Under the pieces are notes generated by a model. The model was not told the DNA's origin. It saw only the letters and a program-made list of their open reading frames with translations, and did not search any database. Shown piece after piece: positions 38,262 to 47,480 of a DNA stretch of 64,000 nt; the stretch's first letter is position 1; each line of letters starts with the position of its first letter. Position numbers and translations under genes: made by a program. Source of the DNA: Candidatus Anstonellales archaeon (lineage in GTDB: Archaea > Micrarchaeota > Micrarchaeia > Anstonellales > J096); the NCBI GenBank assembly GCA_038890615.1, contig JAWAFI010000001.1, positions 162,611 through 226,610 of the forward strand, written 5' to 3'.

Positions 38262-39558
38262 GCTGGTAGACACAGGCATGCTCCTTGCAGGCAACGGGCT
38301 GCATGCCTGCGATCCTAACTATTGCGCTCTCCTCAAATCCATTTGCATCAACGAGCACTCTGCCGTTGAAAAGCGAGAGAAGCTTTGTCATTGATGCCTT
38401 GCCCACAAAAGCCTTTCCTCCTGCTGTATATACATCAGCATCGCTTGCAAGGTCACCTGAATACTTTACAATATATAGATAGTAGTCATTGTAGTAAAAC
38501 CTTATGCTGCTTTCAGTGTCATCTCTAAACAAGAACATAACATTCCTAGGCTTCGCCTTCCTGAGCGATTCAATTGAGATTGCAATGCTCCCTCCTTTTG
38601 GAGGCGATGTAACGTCCACTACATCAGCATCCTTGCCTGCATAGAACTTGTAGGCGCCTGGATACCCCACAATCATGTCTGGCTTGTACTCGGCAAAAAT
38701 CTCAAGGAGCTCGTGCTCAGGGACATCTATACCCATTATTGCAGGGGATGCTGCAAGCATTGCAGCAGTGAAAATAGCAAAAAGGAAGAATAAGTGCATG
38801 GCATCCAGGGAGGAAAAGCGAAGGATTATGAAGAACATGAGCGCTGAAAGCGCTGCTATGCTGATTGATGCCTCCCCAAACATCAACATAGAGAAGCCAA
38901 TAGCCCCTAGGACTGCATTCTGGTCCTTATGCTTGTACTCAACAGGGAAAAGCGCAAGCGCAGGAAGGGATGCAGGGAATATGAAACAAAGTAGCGCAAA
39001 TGCCAAGCTGAACAAAGAGGTAAAACCTGCAAGCCCGTATGCAGCAAGCGGCACGCCTGCTAATGAAGGGGCAAATGAAGGGTATGAGAAAATAAGGCCT
39101 GCAGCACCTAGCAAAGGGATTAGCTCTATAATTTTCTTGCCTTCAAGGTACCTCTTTATTGGGATTGCGAGTGTTAGAAGTGAAAGTGGGCTTGCATACA
39201 ATGCAAGGAAAACCGGCACAACTGCAGCGATTGGTATGTGTATAAAAGCAACTGTTGCCAAAGAGGCAAAGAAAAGCGAGACAACAGCCATTGGCTGCTC
39301 AACAAAAAGCGCTGGGGCTAGGAAGAAAGGGCACAATAGGAGAAGGCTGAATGTGAAGGCCTTCTGCCTATCCATTGCCTTGCCTGCTGCATACTGGGTA
39401 AGCATCACCGATGCTGCGAAAAGAAAGAAGAAAGCATGCCTTGCAAGCTCAGGCAACGAGTTGCTTGCCATGAAAAAGAAGCCCTGCTCTGAAGGTGCTG
39501 GATTGGCAAAAAAATACAAAGCACCCAAAAGCAAAACTGTAAGCGCGTAATACTTCAT
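38251..39558 (-). CDS. Hypothetical multi-pass membrane protein with soluble C-terminus
   Basis: Long hydrophobic N-terminal region. Confidence 0.75.
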   Translation of the reverse strand: MKYYALTVLLLGALYFFANPAPSEQGFFFMASNSLPELARHAFFFLFAASVMLTQYAAGKAMDRQKAFTFSLLLLCPFFLAPALFVEQPMAVVSLFFASLATVAFIHIPIAAVVPVFLALYASPLSLLTLAIPIKRYLEGKKIIELIPLLGAAGLIFSYPSFAPSLAGVPLAAYGLAGFTSLFSLAFALLCFIFPASLPALALFPVEYKHKDQNAVLGAIGFSMLMFGEASISIAALSALMFFIILRFSSLDAMHLFFLFAIFTAAMLAASPAIMGIDVPEHELLEIFAEYKPDMIVGYPGAYKFYAGKDADVVDVTSPPKGGSIAISIESLRKAKPRNVMFLFRDDTESSIRFYYNDYYLYIVKYSGDLASDADVYTAGGKAFVGKASMTKLLSLFNGRVLVDANGFEESAIVRIAGMQPVACKEHACVYQLTS

Positions 39559-40772
39559 TTTTTCGACCTCATCTTGGCTAATATTTCCTTGGCCTTTTCA
39601 ACAGAAACTGCCTTAAGCTTAACGAGCTCCTCTGCAACGCCTTCTGCCTCTTCTGGGGAAGCGCCAGCAGAGAGGGCAACGCTCCTTGCATGGAGCTTCA
39701 TGTGCCCCTTCTGTATGCCTTCAGTGGAAAGGGCATAAATGGCTGCAAAATTCTGCGCAAGCCCTACAGAAGCCATTACCTCTGCAAGCTCCTTTGCCTT
39801 TGAAACCTTTAGGATCTTCAAGTTGACCTGCGCAACAGGGTTTGCTGATATTGTGCCCCCAACAGTTGCAACTGCAAGCGGGAGCCTTATCCTTCCCCTT
39901 ATGCCGCTTCCCTCCCTCTCATATGAAGTAAGGCTTGTGTAGCCGTCCATTGAGGCATAGGCATGCGCACTTGCCTCAACAGCCCTCCAGTCGTTGCCAG
40001 TGGCTATTGCAACTGCGTCTATGCCGTTCATTATGCCCTTGTTGTGAGTGGCAGCCCTAAATATGTCGTGCTTGGCAAGTTCGTACGCCTCTATTATAGG
40101 CTCTGGGTCAACCTCCCAGTAGGCAGTCGCCTCCACCATCCTCCTCAACGCAAGGTTGGTGAGTATCCTCAGCCTCGCCTTTGCGCCTGATACCTCTTCA
40201 AGAAAAGGCGCAATCTCTTCCATTGCGGTGTTTATGGTGTTAGCACCCATGCTGTCCGCAACATCTATTGCAAACTCTGCTATTGCCATCTCCCCAATCC
40301 CTGTCTTTACCTTCCTGAACCAGCACTCCCTGAAGCCTCCTCCATGCCTTGCCATCCTCTCAGTTGCCTTTGCAGCCCTTTCCCCAATTTCCTCCTTTGC
40401 TTTTTCCAGCAAGGCAATTGCCTTTCCAGCATCCCCTATGAGCTGCACCTGCCCGATCATCTCGCTGCCCACTGCTTTTGCAGAAAAGCCTTTTGGGAGC
40501 GCCATCTTTGCTGCCTTGCTTGCAGCAGCGATTACAGACGGCTCTTCTATTGCCATTGGCACCACCCTCTCAACCCCATTGATTACAAAATTTACTGCAA
40601 ACCCTAAAGGCAAGGTAAATGTTGAAACAACATTCTCAACCATTTTGTCAGCCCTCTTAACCCCGAGCCCTTTCCTAAGGATTGAAACCTCTTCTTCGCT
40701 AAGGCCTGCATATTCCTTTATTGCTGAAAGCCTCTGCTCAACTGAGAGCTTGTAGAATCCTGAAAAATTCAT
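39555..40772 (-). CDS. mvaA: Class II HMG-CoA reductase
   Basis: ENV, EEPSVIAA, DSMGANTINT, HNKGIMNG, GNDWRA, GHMKLH. Confidence 0.96.
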   Translation of the reverse strand: MNFSGFYKLSVEQRLSAIKEYAGLSEEEVSILRKGLGVKRADKMVENVVSTFTLPLGFAVNFVINGVERVVPMAIEEPSVIAAASKAAKMALPKGFSAKAVGSEMIGQVQLIGDAGKAIALLEKAKEEIGERAAKATERMARHGGGFRECWFRKVKTGIGEMAIAEFAIDVADSMGANTINTAMEEIAPFLEEVSGAKARLRILTNLALRRMVEATAYWEVDPEPIIEAYELAKHDIFRAATHNKGIMNGIDAVAIATGNDWRAVEASAHAYASMDGYTSLTSYEREGSGIRGRIRLPLAVATVGGTISANPVAQVNLKILKVSKAKELAEVMASVGLAQNFAAIYALSTEGIQKGHMKLHARSVALSAGASPEEAEGVAEELVKLKAVSVEKAKEILAKMRSKK

Positions 40773-41221
40773 AGCTTCACCAAGGTGCTTGATGCCTCTG
40801 CAAGGAGCGAGGCTATCTTCTCTGAATTTGCCCTTATCTGCTGCGCTGCCTTCTCTATGCTCAGGAAGTATTTTTTCCCCTTTTTCTCTATAAGCCCTGC
40901 CTCCTCCATCCTCTTAATATGGTAGTAGACATTCTTCTCATTTATCCTTCCCTTCAGGCGTGCAACTATCTCAGATACCTCCAAGCCCTCTGCTGAGGCT
41001 ATCTCTGCTATTATCTCCAGCGCCCCTGTCCTGCTCTCGTTCCTTGAGATGAGCCCTAGAGAGAGCAGGAGCCATCTCAAGAGCGATTCCTTGGTAAGCT
41101 TTGTGCTTTGGCTCAGCGGTATGAGGCGCAGGGTGAACTCCTTTTCTATTCCCTGTGCTTCAGGAATCATACCTTTCTTTTGGGCAACTCTTTTTAAATG
41201 GTTTTGCCAATCTAATTGCAT
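40769..41221 (-). CDS. Winged-helix transcriptional regulator-like protein (start may be ATG ~41170)
   Basis: SLGL...ESR, VYYHIKRMEEAGLIEK. Confidence 0.8.
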   Translation of the reverse strand: MQLDWQNHLKRVAQKKGMIPEAQGIEKEFTLRLIPLSQSTKLTKESLLRWLLLSLGLISRNESRTGALEIIAEIASAEGLEVSEIVARLKGRINEKNVYYHIKRMEEAGLIEKKGKKYFLSIEKAAQQIRANSEKIASLLAEASSTLVKL

Positions 41222-41984
41222 GAGGTTCTACCATTTTGCTTTTGTTGCGCTCCTTCTCCTCTATGGGTGCGTGCAGCAGCAAGCAGAGCAAGAGCAAGAG
41301 AAGCCTTTTGTGGTTGAGCCGCTTGGCTACCCCCAGGTGCTCAAGAATGCCTCTTCAGAAGAAATATATTCCCTTTTTGCAACAGTGAATTCCAACTACT
41401 GCAGGGGGATTGAAAGGCTGGCAGTAGATGAGTATGGCATGATAGTTTCCTATTCCTGCAGCGAAGGGGAGGGCACTCCAATAACAGAGAGGGAAGCGGT
41501 TGAGGAGGCAATGCGCTTCGCTTTCCAGAACAACTATATAACTTATGTAGACAAGAAGCCTGTGCTTCTAAGGGTAACGCCAGCAGGCACAGGGCTCACT
41601 GTAATCTTCGCAAAGCAGCTTTATTCTGGGATTCCTGTTGAGAACACCAACATAATAGCGCTTGTGAAGAAAAGGGCTGACGGCTCCCTTTATGTAGAGT
41701 ATTTTGAGGGCCATTGGCACCATGTAGACATCCACCAAACAGTGGCCATTACCAAGGAGGAGGCGATTGCAAAAGTGAATGGAAGCATAATGGTTGACGA
41801 GAATGGCGTGCACAGGGAGGTATTTGAAAAGGACATAACCAACGCTTCGCTGGTCATAAAGCCCAGCGGCCCAGGGATAAGGGTTGCATGGAAAGTGATG
41901 CTATCCTTTGGCTGGAACGGCTACGTTGATGCAATAGATGGAAGCCTTATAGCTTTTGAAAGGGCCAGTGGCATAGACCCCTAG
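41220..41984 (+). CDS. Lipoprotein with FTP/PepSY-like propeptide domains
   Basis: Lipobox LLYGC; F..Q.YSGIPV, IT.EEA, AW.V....GYVDAIDG. Confidence 0.7.
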   Translation: MRFYHFAFVALLLLYGCVQQQAEQEQEKPFVVEPLGYPQVLKNASSEEIYSLFATVNSNYCRGIERLAVDEYGMIVSYSCSEGEGTPITEREAVEEAMRFAFQNNYITYVDKKPVLLRVTPAGTGLTVIFAKQLYSGIPVENTNIIALVKKRADGSLYVEYFEGHWHHVDIHQTVAITKEEAIAKVNGSIMVDENGVHREVFEKDITNASLVIKPSGPGIRVAWKVMLSFGWNGYVDAIDGSLIAFERASGIDP

Positions 41985-42130
41985 CCCTTTTTTTAAAGCC
42001 CTTAATAGAAAGTGGTTTGGGCAGGGCCCTGGCTTTCGCTCTGCCACACCTTCCACCTGGCTGCCTAACCTCTAACCTCCTTCTTTTCCCTTCCAAGCGC
42101 TTTTTAAATGGTTGCTTACAAAACCCTTTG

Positions 42131-42637
42131 ATGGAAGTAGTGTTGGCCCTTGATGACTACAACGACATCTTCGACGACTTCGACATCAGGCCCTACAAGG
42201 AAAGGGCAATATCAGTTGACTTCAGGGAGGAACTCCAGAGGAGGATATCAAAGCTCGGGTGCGAAGAGAGAATAGGCATAGTGCTTACCCTGCCAAGGTA
42301 CAAGCGGATTCGCACTGATGAGAAAATTATTGCAAGGCGGCTCAGGGCATATTTTGAAGACCGCTATGTTATGTACAGCGCAAGGAAGCACAAGAGCTGG
42401 GCGAAGACAGCCCTGTTCATAATGCTTGGGCTGGCATGCTTGGCTGCATCTTTTTACATAAGCAGCATAAGCGAGCTGCTTTCAGAATACCTGATAATAG
42501 GGGTTTACTTTTTCACCTGGCAGGGGCTTGATGAATTCATATACAGCTACCCAAAAATAAGCAGGAGGGTTGAACGCTATAGGTGCATGAAGGAAGCCCA
42601 CATACGCTTTTCTAATGAAGAGAACTATGAGGGCTAG
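42131..42637 (+). CDS. Hypothetical two-TM membrane protein
   Basis: L.LDDYNDIFDDFD.RP...R.IS.DF; start moved to ATG 42131. Confidence 0.8.
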   Translation: MEVVLALDDYNDIFDDFDIRPYKERAISVDFREELQRRISKLGCEERIGIVLTLPRYKRIRTDEKIIARRLRAYFEDRYVMYSARKHKSWAKTALFIMLGLACLAASFYISSISELLSEYLIIGVYFFTWQGLDEFIYSYPKISRRVERYRCMKEAHIRFSNEENYEG

Positions 42638-43620
42638 CCATCACCATTCTCCTTTTCTTTCTGTGCCTTTCTTTTCTTCTCTTCTTTCACATAATCCAAA
42701 ACCCTTGATACCCTAATGCTTTCCCTGTTGTACCTAGCAGGGTCTTTCTTCTTAAGGGCTTCCATGTAATCTGAATAGAAGTGCTCCTTCAATACGCCAA
42801 GCGCAAATGATGCCACCTTCCCATCCCTTTTTATGTAATCCTTAAGCAATGCCAATGTTGGCTGAAGGTCATTGCCTGCCTCCTCTCTCAGCATATTTTT
42901 GAACAAGCGGCATATTCTGCTTGTTCCTATCCCTCTATTTAGCATACACGCCAAAGACTCTTCTGCCAGCCATCTCGTATTAGATGAGCCAAGGGCTGGA
43001 AGAAGCAAATGCAAATGCCCTTCATCGCCTATTGCCCCTAAGCCCAATATAGCAGCCTTGGCTTTTTCATGATCGCCTGAAGAAAGCATGGCAATAATCT
43101 TGCTTGTTGCACCAGAAACATCCTCGCCCCTAATTGCAATCTCAAGAAGTGAGTCCCTTGCTTGGAACTTTATTGAATAGTCAAAATATCCAAGGAAATC
43201 AACGAGCATGGCAGCCTCCTTGCTTCCTCCTATAAGCCCAAGGGCATAGATTGCTGCTTTCTTCCTGCTGTTGTCTGAGACAAATGATGCTTCAGTAAAA
43301 TAGCTAATCGCACTGCTTTTTTGGAAGCCCTTTTCTATCATTTTTAGGAGGGCAAGCGAAGAGCTATTGCGCGCCTCTTTGTCCTGAAGGCCAATCTCTA
43401 TTATCCTAAGGTCCCATAGCTTCTTTTTTGAAACCATCCTCTCCAATATCCTTTCCTTCTCTTTATTATTAGCCGATTTGAATTTGCGCATCAGGGCATC
43501 TTTTCTTGCCTCAAGCCTGGCCTCCAGCCTCTCTTCTATGAGCCCTTTCAGCCTATGGAAAAGGCTCCTTTGCTCGCCTCTCTCTTCCTTAAAAACCCTC
43601 TTATTTTTTTCGCCTTTCAT
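42634..43620 (-). CDS. HEAT-repeat protein
   Basis: AAIYALGLIG and AILGLGAIGD repeats. Confidence 0.8.
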   Translation of the reverse strand: MKGEKNKRVFKEERGEQRSLFHRLKGLIEERLEARLEARKDALMRKFKSANNKEKERILERMVSKKKLWDLRIIEIGLQDKEARNSSSLALLKMIEKGFQKSSAISYFTEASFVSDNSRKKAAIYALGLIGGSKEAAMLVDFLGYFDYSIKFQARDSLLEIAIRGEDVSGATSKIIAMLSSGDHEKAKAAILGLGAIGDEGHLHLLLPALGSSNTRWLAEESLACMLNRGIGTSRICRLFKNMLREEAGNDLQPTLALLKDYIKRDGKVASFALGVLKEHFYSDYMEALKKKDPARYNRESIRVSRVLDYVKEEKKRKAQKEKENGDG

Positions 43621-43643
43621 TTTGCCCCTATATATTTTAGATA

Positions 43644-45845
43644 ATGCTTAAAAAATTTAGCTACATAGCAGCTGCAAAAATAAATAAAAGTATGCCTGGG
43701 TTTATTATGCGCCTAAAGGACAAAACTTCCAAAGAAAGCAAGCAAATGGAAAATGGCTGCAAAGGAACAATAATGCCAAAGGAGGAGGAAAGGAGGTTTG
43801 GCAAGGAAGAGGCCATCCGAAGGGTAGTTAAGGCAATAAAAAAAGGATTTGAAGACACCGAGGCATTTGAAGAATTAATGAAGCTCAGCAAAGCCAGCTC
43901 AGGCAATTCAAAAGAAGAGTTGGTGTTTGCAGAGAAAGGCAATGGAAAGATGGACCTCAATAAGATGGTTGAAAGCATAGCCAATGGCCTTGACATAAAT
44001 GCCAAGGATGGCGATATGCCTCTTCTCATAAAAGCTGTTTTGGGCAACCAGAAAGATGTAGTCAAGCTTCTTGTAGAAGCGGGGGCAGCGCTATATGCAT
44101 GCGATGACCAAAGAAGGAATGCATTGGCTCATGCATGCATTAAAGGAAACAGGGAAATGGCGGGTATACTGCTGAAAAAGATGGATTTTGTTGATAGCAT
44201 AGATGGGTATGGCATGACACCCCTTATGTATGCTATAGAGAAGGAAGACTTAAAGATGGTTGAGATGCTTGTAAACGCAGGAGCCAACATAGCCCTGCAA
44301 AACAATGATTCCCTCAATGCACTTATGCAAGCTGCTGCAAAAGGCAATGTTAGGATGGTAAGATTTCTGATACAAAAAGGGGCTGAGTTGGAAAGCACTG
44401 ACAGGGAAGGGAGGACGCCTCTCATCCATGCTGTGCTGAACAAAAAAAGGAAGGTGGTCAAAGCACTCCTTGAGGCAGGGGCAAACCCAAACCATATTGA
44501 CGACTTCAAGAAAACCGCTCTTGGATATGCATCCATTCTTGGCGATGTAAGCTCAATAAGAAGCTTGGTAGATGCAGGGGCTGATGTTAAGATAAAAGAC
44601 ACCTTTAAGAGGAATTTGCTTTTTATGGCGATATCAGAAGGTCAAGAAAAGGCAGCATTGGAACTGCTTAAGAAGGGGGTAAACCCTTTTGAGAAAGATG
44701 AAAGCATGAGCACAGCGCTTATATCAGCTTCAGGTTATGGAAGCAAAAAAGTGGTAAAAGCACTGCTAAAGAAAGGGGTGAGCGTAAATGACAGTGATTA
44801 CCTGAAGGCAACCCCTTTGATCAAGGCCTCAAGAAACGGGCACATAGCCATAGTAAAAATGCTGCTAAGGGCTGGCGCATCAGCAGATATGAAGAACTGC
44901 GATGGAAGGACAGCGCTCATAGAAGCAAGCTATGAAGGGCACCATAAAGTTGTAAGGGAGCTCTTGAAAGCAGGGGCAAACCCAAACGAAAATGACTTTT
45001 ACGGCAGAAGCAGCCTTTATTATTCGTCTGCAAATGGTTTTTACAAGGTAGCAAAGGAGCTGCTTAAGAGCAGAAAAATAAATCCAAACATATGCGATTC
45101 AAATGGAACAACCCCGCTTATGAAAGCGGCCTATGAAGGAAATGTCAAGATCATAAATATGCTTGCTGGAAGGGGCGCTGATTTAGAGAGAAAGGATGCG
45201 CATGGGCGCACTGCCTTGTTCTATGCAATAGAAGGAGGAAAGAAAGAGGCATTGAAGGCACTGCTAAAAAATGGCGCAAACCCTAATGCAGAAGACAAGG
45301 TAGGAAAAACCGCCCTGATGTTTGCTGTATCAAGAAAATCAGCTGAGCTAGCAAGAATCCTGATAAAGGCAGGGGCTGATGTGAATGCAAAGGACATAAA
45401 GGGCAAAAATGCTCTTATGAGGGCTGCCCTTTATGGCCATCTTGAGATACTGCTAGAGCTGTTAAAGGCAGGGGCTGATGTGAATGACCAGGACATCTAC
45501 TTAGTGGATGCGCTGATGCACGCAACGCATGAAAAGAACCTGGAATGCATGAAAGCGCTCCTGGAAGCAGGCGCAGACCCAAACCAAAAGGACATAAAGG
45601 GAAGGACTGCCCTTACGATAGCAGTCAAAACAGGGTATTTTGAAGGGGTTGAGCTCCTTCTCAGCAAAGGGGCAGACCCCTACATAAAGGATGGGGAGGG
45701 CATAACTGCGCTGGATATGGCATATGAAAAGAGGACAATGGAGCTGTTCAAGAAGCATATGGAGAAGGTGCAGAAGGCAAAGGCAGAAAGTAAGGATATG
45801 GAGGAGGCGAAGACTGTGGAATACAAGAGGGATGAAGGGGAATGA
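43644..45845 (+). CDS. Ankyrin-repeat protein (about 18 repeats; true start probably downstream)
   Basis: Tandem 33-aa G.T(P/A)L..A....LL..GA units. Confidence 0.95.
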   Translation: MLKKFSYIAAAKINKSMPGFIMRLKDKTSKESKQMENGCKGTIMPKEEERRFGKEEAIRRVVKAIKKGFEDTEAFEELMKLSKASSGNSKEELVFAEKGNGKMDLNKMVESIANGLDINAKDGDMPLLIKAVLGNQKDVVKLLVEAGAALYACDDQRRNALAHACIKGNREMAGILLKKMDFVDSIDGYGMTPLMYAIEKEDLKMVEMLVNAGANIALQNNDSLNALMQAAAKGNVRMVRFLIQKGAELESTDREGRTPLIHAVLNKKRKVVKALLEAGANPNHIDDFKKTALGYASILGDVSSIRSLVDAGADVKIKDTFKRNLLFMAISEGQEKAALELLKKGVNPFEKDESMSTALISASGYGSKKVVKALLKKGVSVNDSDYLKATPLIKASRNGHIAIVKMLLRAGASADMKNCDGRTALIEASYEGHHKVVRELLKAGANPNENDFYGRSSLYYSSANGFYKVAKELLKSRKINPNICDSNGTTPLMKAAYEGNVKIINMLAGRGADLERKDAHGRTALFYAIEGGKKEALKALLKNGANPNAEDKVGKTALMFAVSRKSAELARILIKAGADVNAKDIKGKNALMRAALYGHLEILLELLKAGADVNDQDIYLVDALMHATHEKNLECMKALLEAGADPNQKDIKGRTALTIAVKTGYFEGVELLLSKGADPYIKDGEGITALDMAYEKRTMELFKKHMEKVQKAKAESKDMEEAKTVEYKRDEGE

Positions 45846-46279
45846 GGGCTTTACCAAAGGCATTTGCAATTTTCTTTGTTTTGCTGTTTTTAGGGTGCAC
45901 GCAGACGCCTGCAGAAGAGATAAAGCCCTATGATGAGGCAGCAGTGAAGAGATGCGAGCCTGGGGTTTACAAGACAATAAGCGACGATGGGGGCATAGAC
46001 ACCTACATAAAGGTTGAAAGCATAGGGGACAAGTGCAGGTTTGAGCTTAGGTTCAACACAACAATAGTATGCCTTGAGTCCCTTGGGCTGAGGAATGTGG
46101 ATAAGATGAGCTGCGTTGCAGACAAGTCAGTGCTGCAGCAGGAGGGTAGGATGGTGTGGAAAACCAGCGGGGCTGAGCTCCAGCCACCGAAGCAGTACAT
46201 AGACCTTGGCATTGGAGGGCAGGTTGAGGTGCCTGCGCTTCCAATAGCCCTCAGCTGCAGGCAGGTATGCAAGGAGTGA
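45842..46279 (+). CDS. Hypothetical lipoprotein
   Basis: Lipobox LFLGC; several Cys. Confidence 0.75.
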   Translation: MRALPKAFAIFFVLLFLGCTQTPAEEIKPYDEAAVKRCEPGVYKTISDDGGIDTYIKVESIGDKCRFELRFNTTIVCLESLGLRNVDKMSCVADKSVLQQEGRMVWKTSGAELQPPKQYIDLGIGGQVEVPALPIALSCRQVCKE

Positions 46280-46309
46280 TGGGCTTATCAATTGCTAGCC
46301 GCAGAGGCA

Positions 46310-46900
46310 CTATATTCGCTTGCATAGATTGAGAAAGCAGCAGTTAGCGCATTTCCTCTTATGATCTGTTGGTTCTGGAATTGATTCTTGCCTTGCTATT
46401 CTGTCAATTTGACCTAGAATGTTCTTGAACTCCTCTATTCTAACTGAGTTGATAGGAACCTTTAGAACATCGTTTGTTTTTAGAAATTTGATATAAGCAG
46501 AAGGAACGTAAAAGCCTAATTTTTCCAGTATAAGATGCGCTTCTCCTATGCATTGGTACTTTATTGATCGGAATAATGATTTTGGTCTGTTCATATTTTT
46601 AACTTGAATTGGATACGCTTCAGCAACAGCATAGTTAATGGCAACGCAGTCAATAACCGTAAGGAAGTGGAGTTTTTCATCTTTCAGGAAAACATTGTAA
46701 TGCTTTTCAAGATTCGGGAATTCCTTGATTATCTTGGTTCTTTTGGAAGCTTGGGTAAATTTTTCATGTATTCTTCTCCCTTCAAATTCCTTGACTGTGG
46801 TCTTCTGAGGAATTTTAAGAACGTGCTCAAAATATATTATCCGTGGGCAAAAGCTGAAATTAAGTACGTCGCGTGCAGTGTAAAAACCTTCTTGGTTCAT
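46310..46900 (-). CDS. cas4: CRISPR-associated exonuclease Cas4
   Basis: FCPRIIYF, G..IH, ID, P.QVK, C-terminal C..C.F...C Fe-S cysteines; adjacent to the array. Confidence 0.93.
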   Translation of the reverse strand: MNQEGFYTARDVLNFSFCPRIIYFEHVLKIPQKTTVKEFEGRRIHEKFTQASKRTKIIKEFPNLEKHYNVFLKDEKLHFLTVIDCVAINYAVAEAYPIQVKNMNRPKSLFRSIKYQCIGEAHLILEKLGFYVPSAYIKFLKTNDVLKVPINSVRIEEFKNILGQIDRIARQESIPEPTDHKRKCANCCFLNLCKRI

Positions 46901-47010
46901 CAACTCACCAATTCAAATTCCTTGTCTTTTATTCTTTCTTCATCCAAATGGCCTATGATTATTTTAGAGGCAAAACATTCTTTGCAACTTGGTATCAAAA
47001 AAACTGCAGA
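46900..47010 (-). pseudogene. cas2: 3' remnant of cas2 fused to the first CRISPR repeat
   Basis: Reads (SA)VFLIPSCKECFASKIIIGHLDEERIKDKEFELVS*, a Cas2 C-terminal P.C..C...I.G pattern; TGA overlaps the cas4 ATG; frame has no start and is closed by a TAG inside the repeat. Confidence 0.75.
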
Positions 47011-47480
47011 GCGCTAAGAAATGGAAGTAGGGATGCAACTTGATGACGGCGATGAGATAAAAATATATGAGGGGGTTGCAGAGCGCTAAGAAATGGAAGT
47101 AGGGATGCAACACGATGAATGTGCATCGCTTGAACTCATAGAGATAGAGTTGCAGAGCGCTAAGAAATGGAAGTAGGGATGCAACTAGAGAAAGCGGAAG
47201 ACTAATTTTTTTTTAAAAAAAGTTGCAGAGCGCTAAGAAATGGAAGTAGGGATGCAACTTCCAATGAGCAAGCCTGCCTCTTCATTATATCCGCTTGTTG
47301 CAGAGCGCTAAGAAATGGAAGTAGGGATGCAACTAATTATTTTAAGTAAATTTCTTCCCAGTTTTTTTCGTTGCAGAGCGCTAAGAAATGGAAGTAGGGA
47401 TGCAACGAATACCAAGGAGTCCATATGTGCGCTGGTATTATCAGTTGCAGAGCGCTAAGAAATGGAAGTAGGGATGCAAC
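47003..47480 (+). CRISPR. CRISPR array: 7 repeats (37 bp GTTGCAGAGCGCTAAGAAATGGAAGTAGGGATGCAAC), 6 spacers of 35-38 bp; Cas14a/type V-F-like repeat
   Basis: Repeats start at 47003 (first 2 nt AC instead of GT), 47075, 47149, 47222, 47297, 47370, 47444; terminal GTTGCA/TGCAAC inverted repeat; orientation inferred from Cas12f1-like repeats. Confidence 0.98.

Noticed and set aside
38675..39550. 291-aa plus-strand ORF
   Set aside because: Antisense shadow of a hydrophobic membrane-protein gene that is coupled to mvaA
41049..41219. N-terminal extension of the 311-aa ORF
   Set aside because: Overlaps the divergent wHTH gene; the lipoprotein signal begins at 41220
46604..47017. 137-aa plus-strand ORF leading into the array
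   Set aside because: Antisense shadow of cas4 and the cas2 remnant
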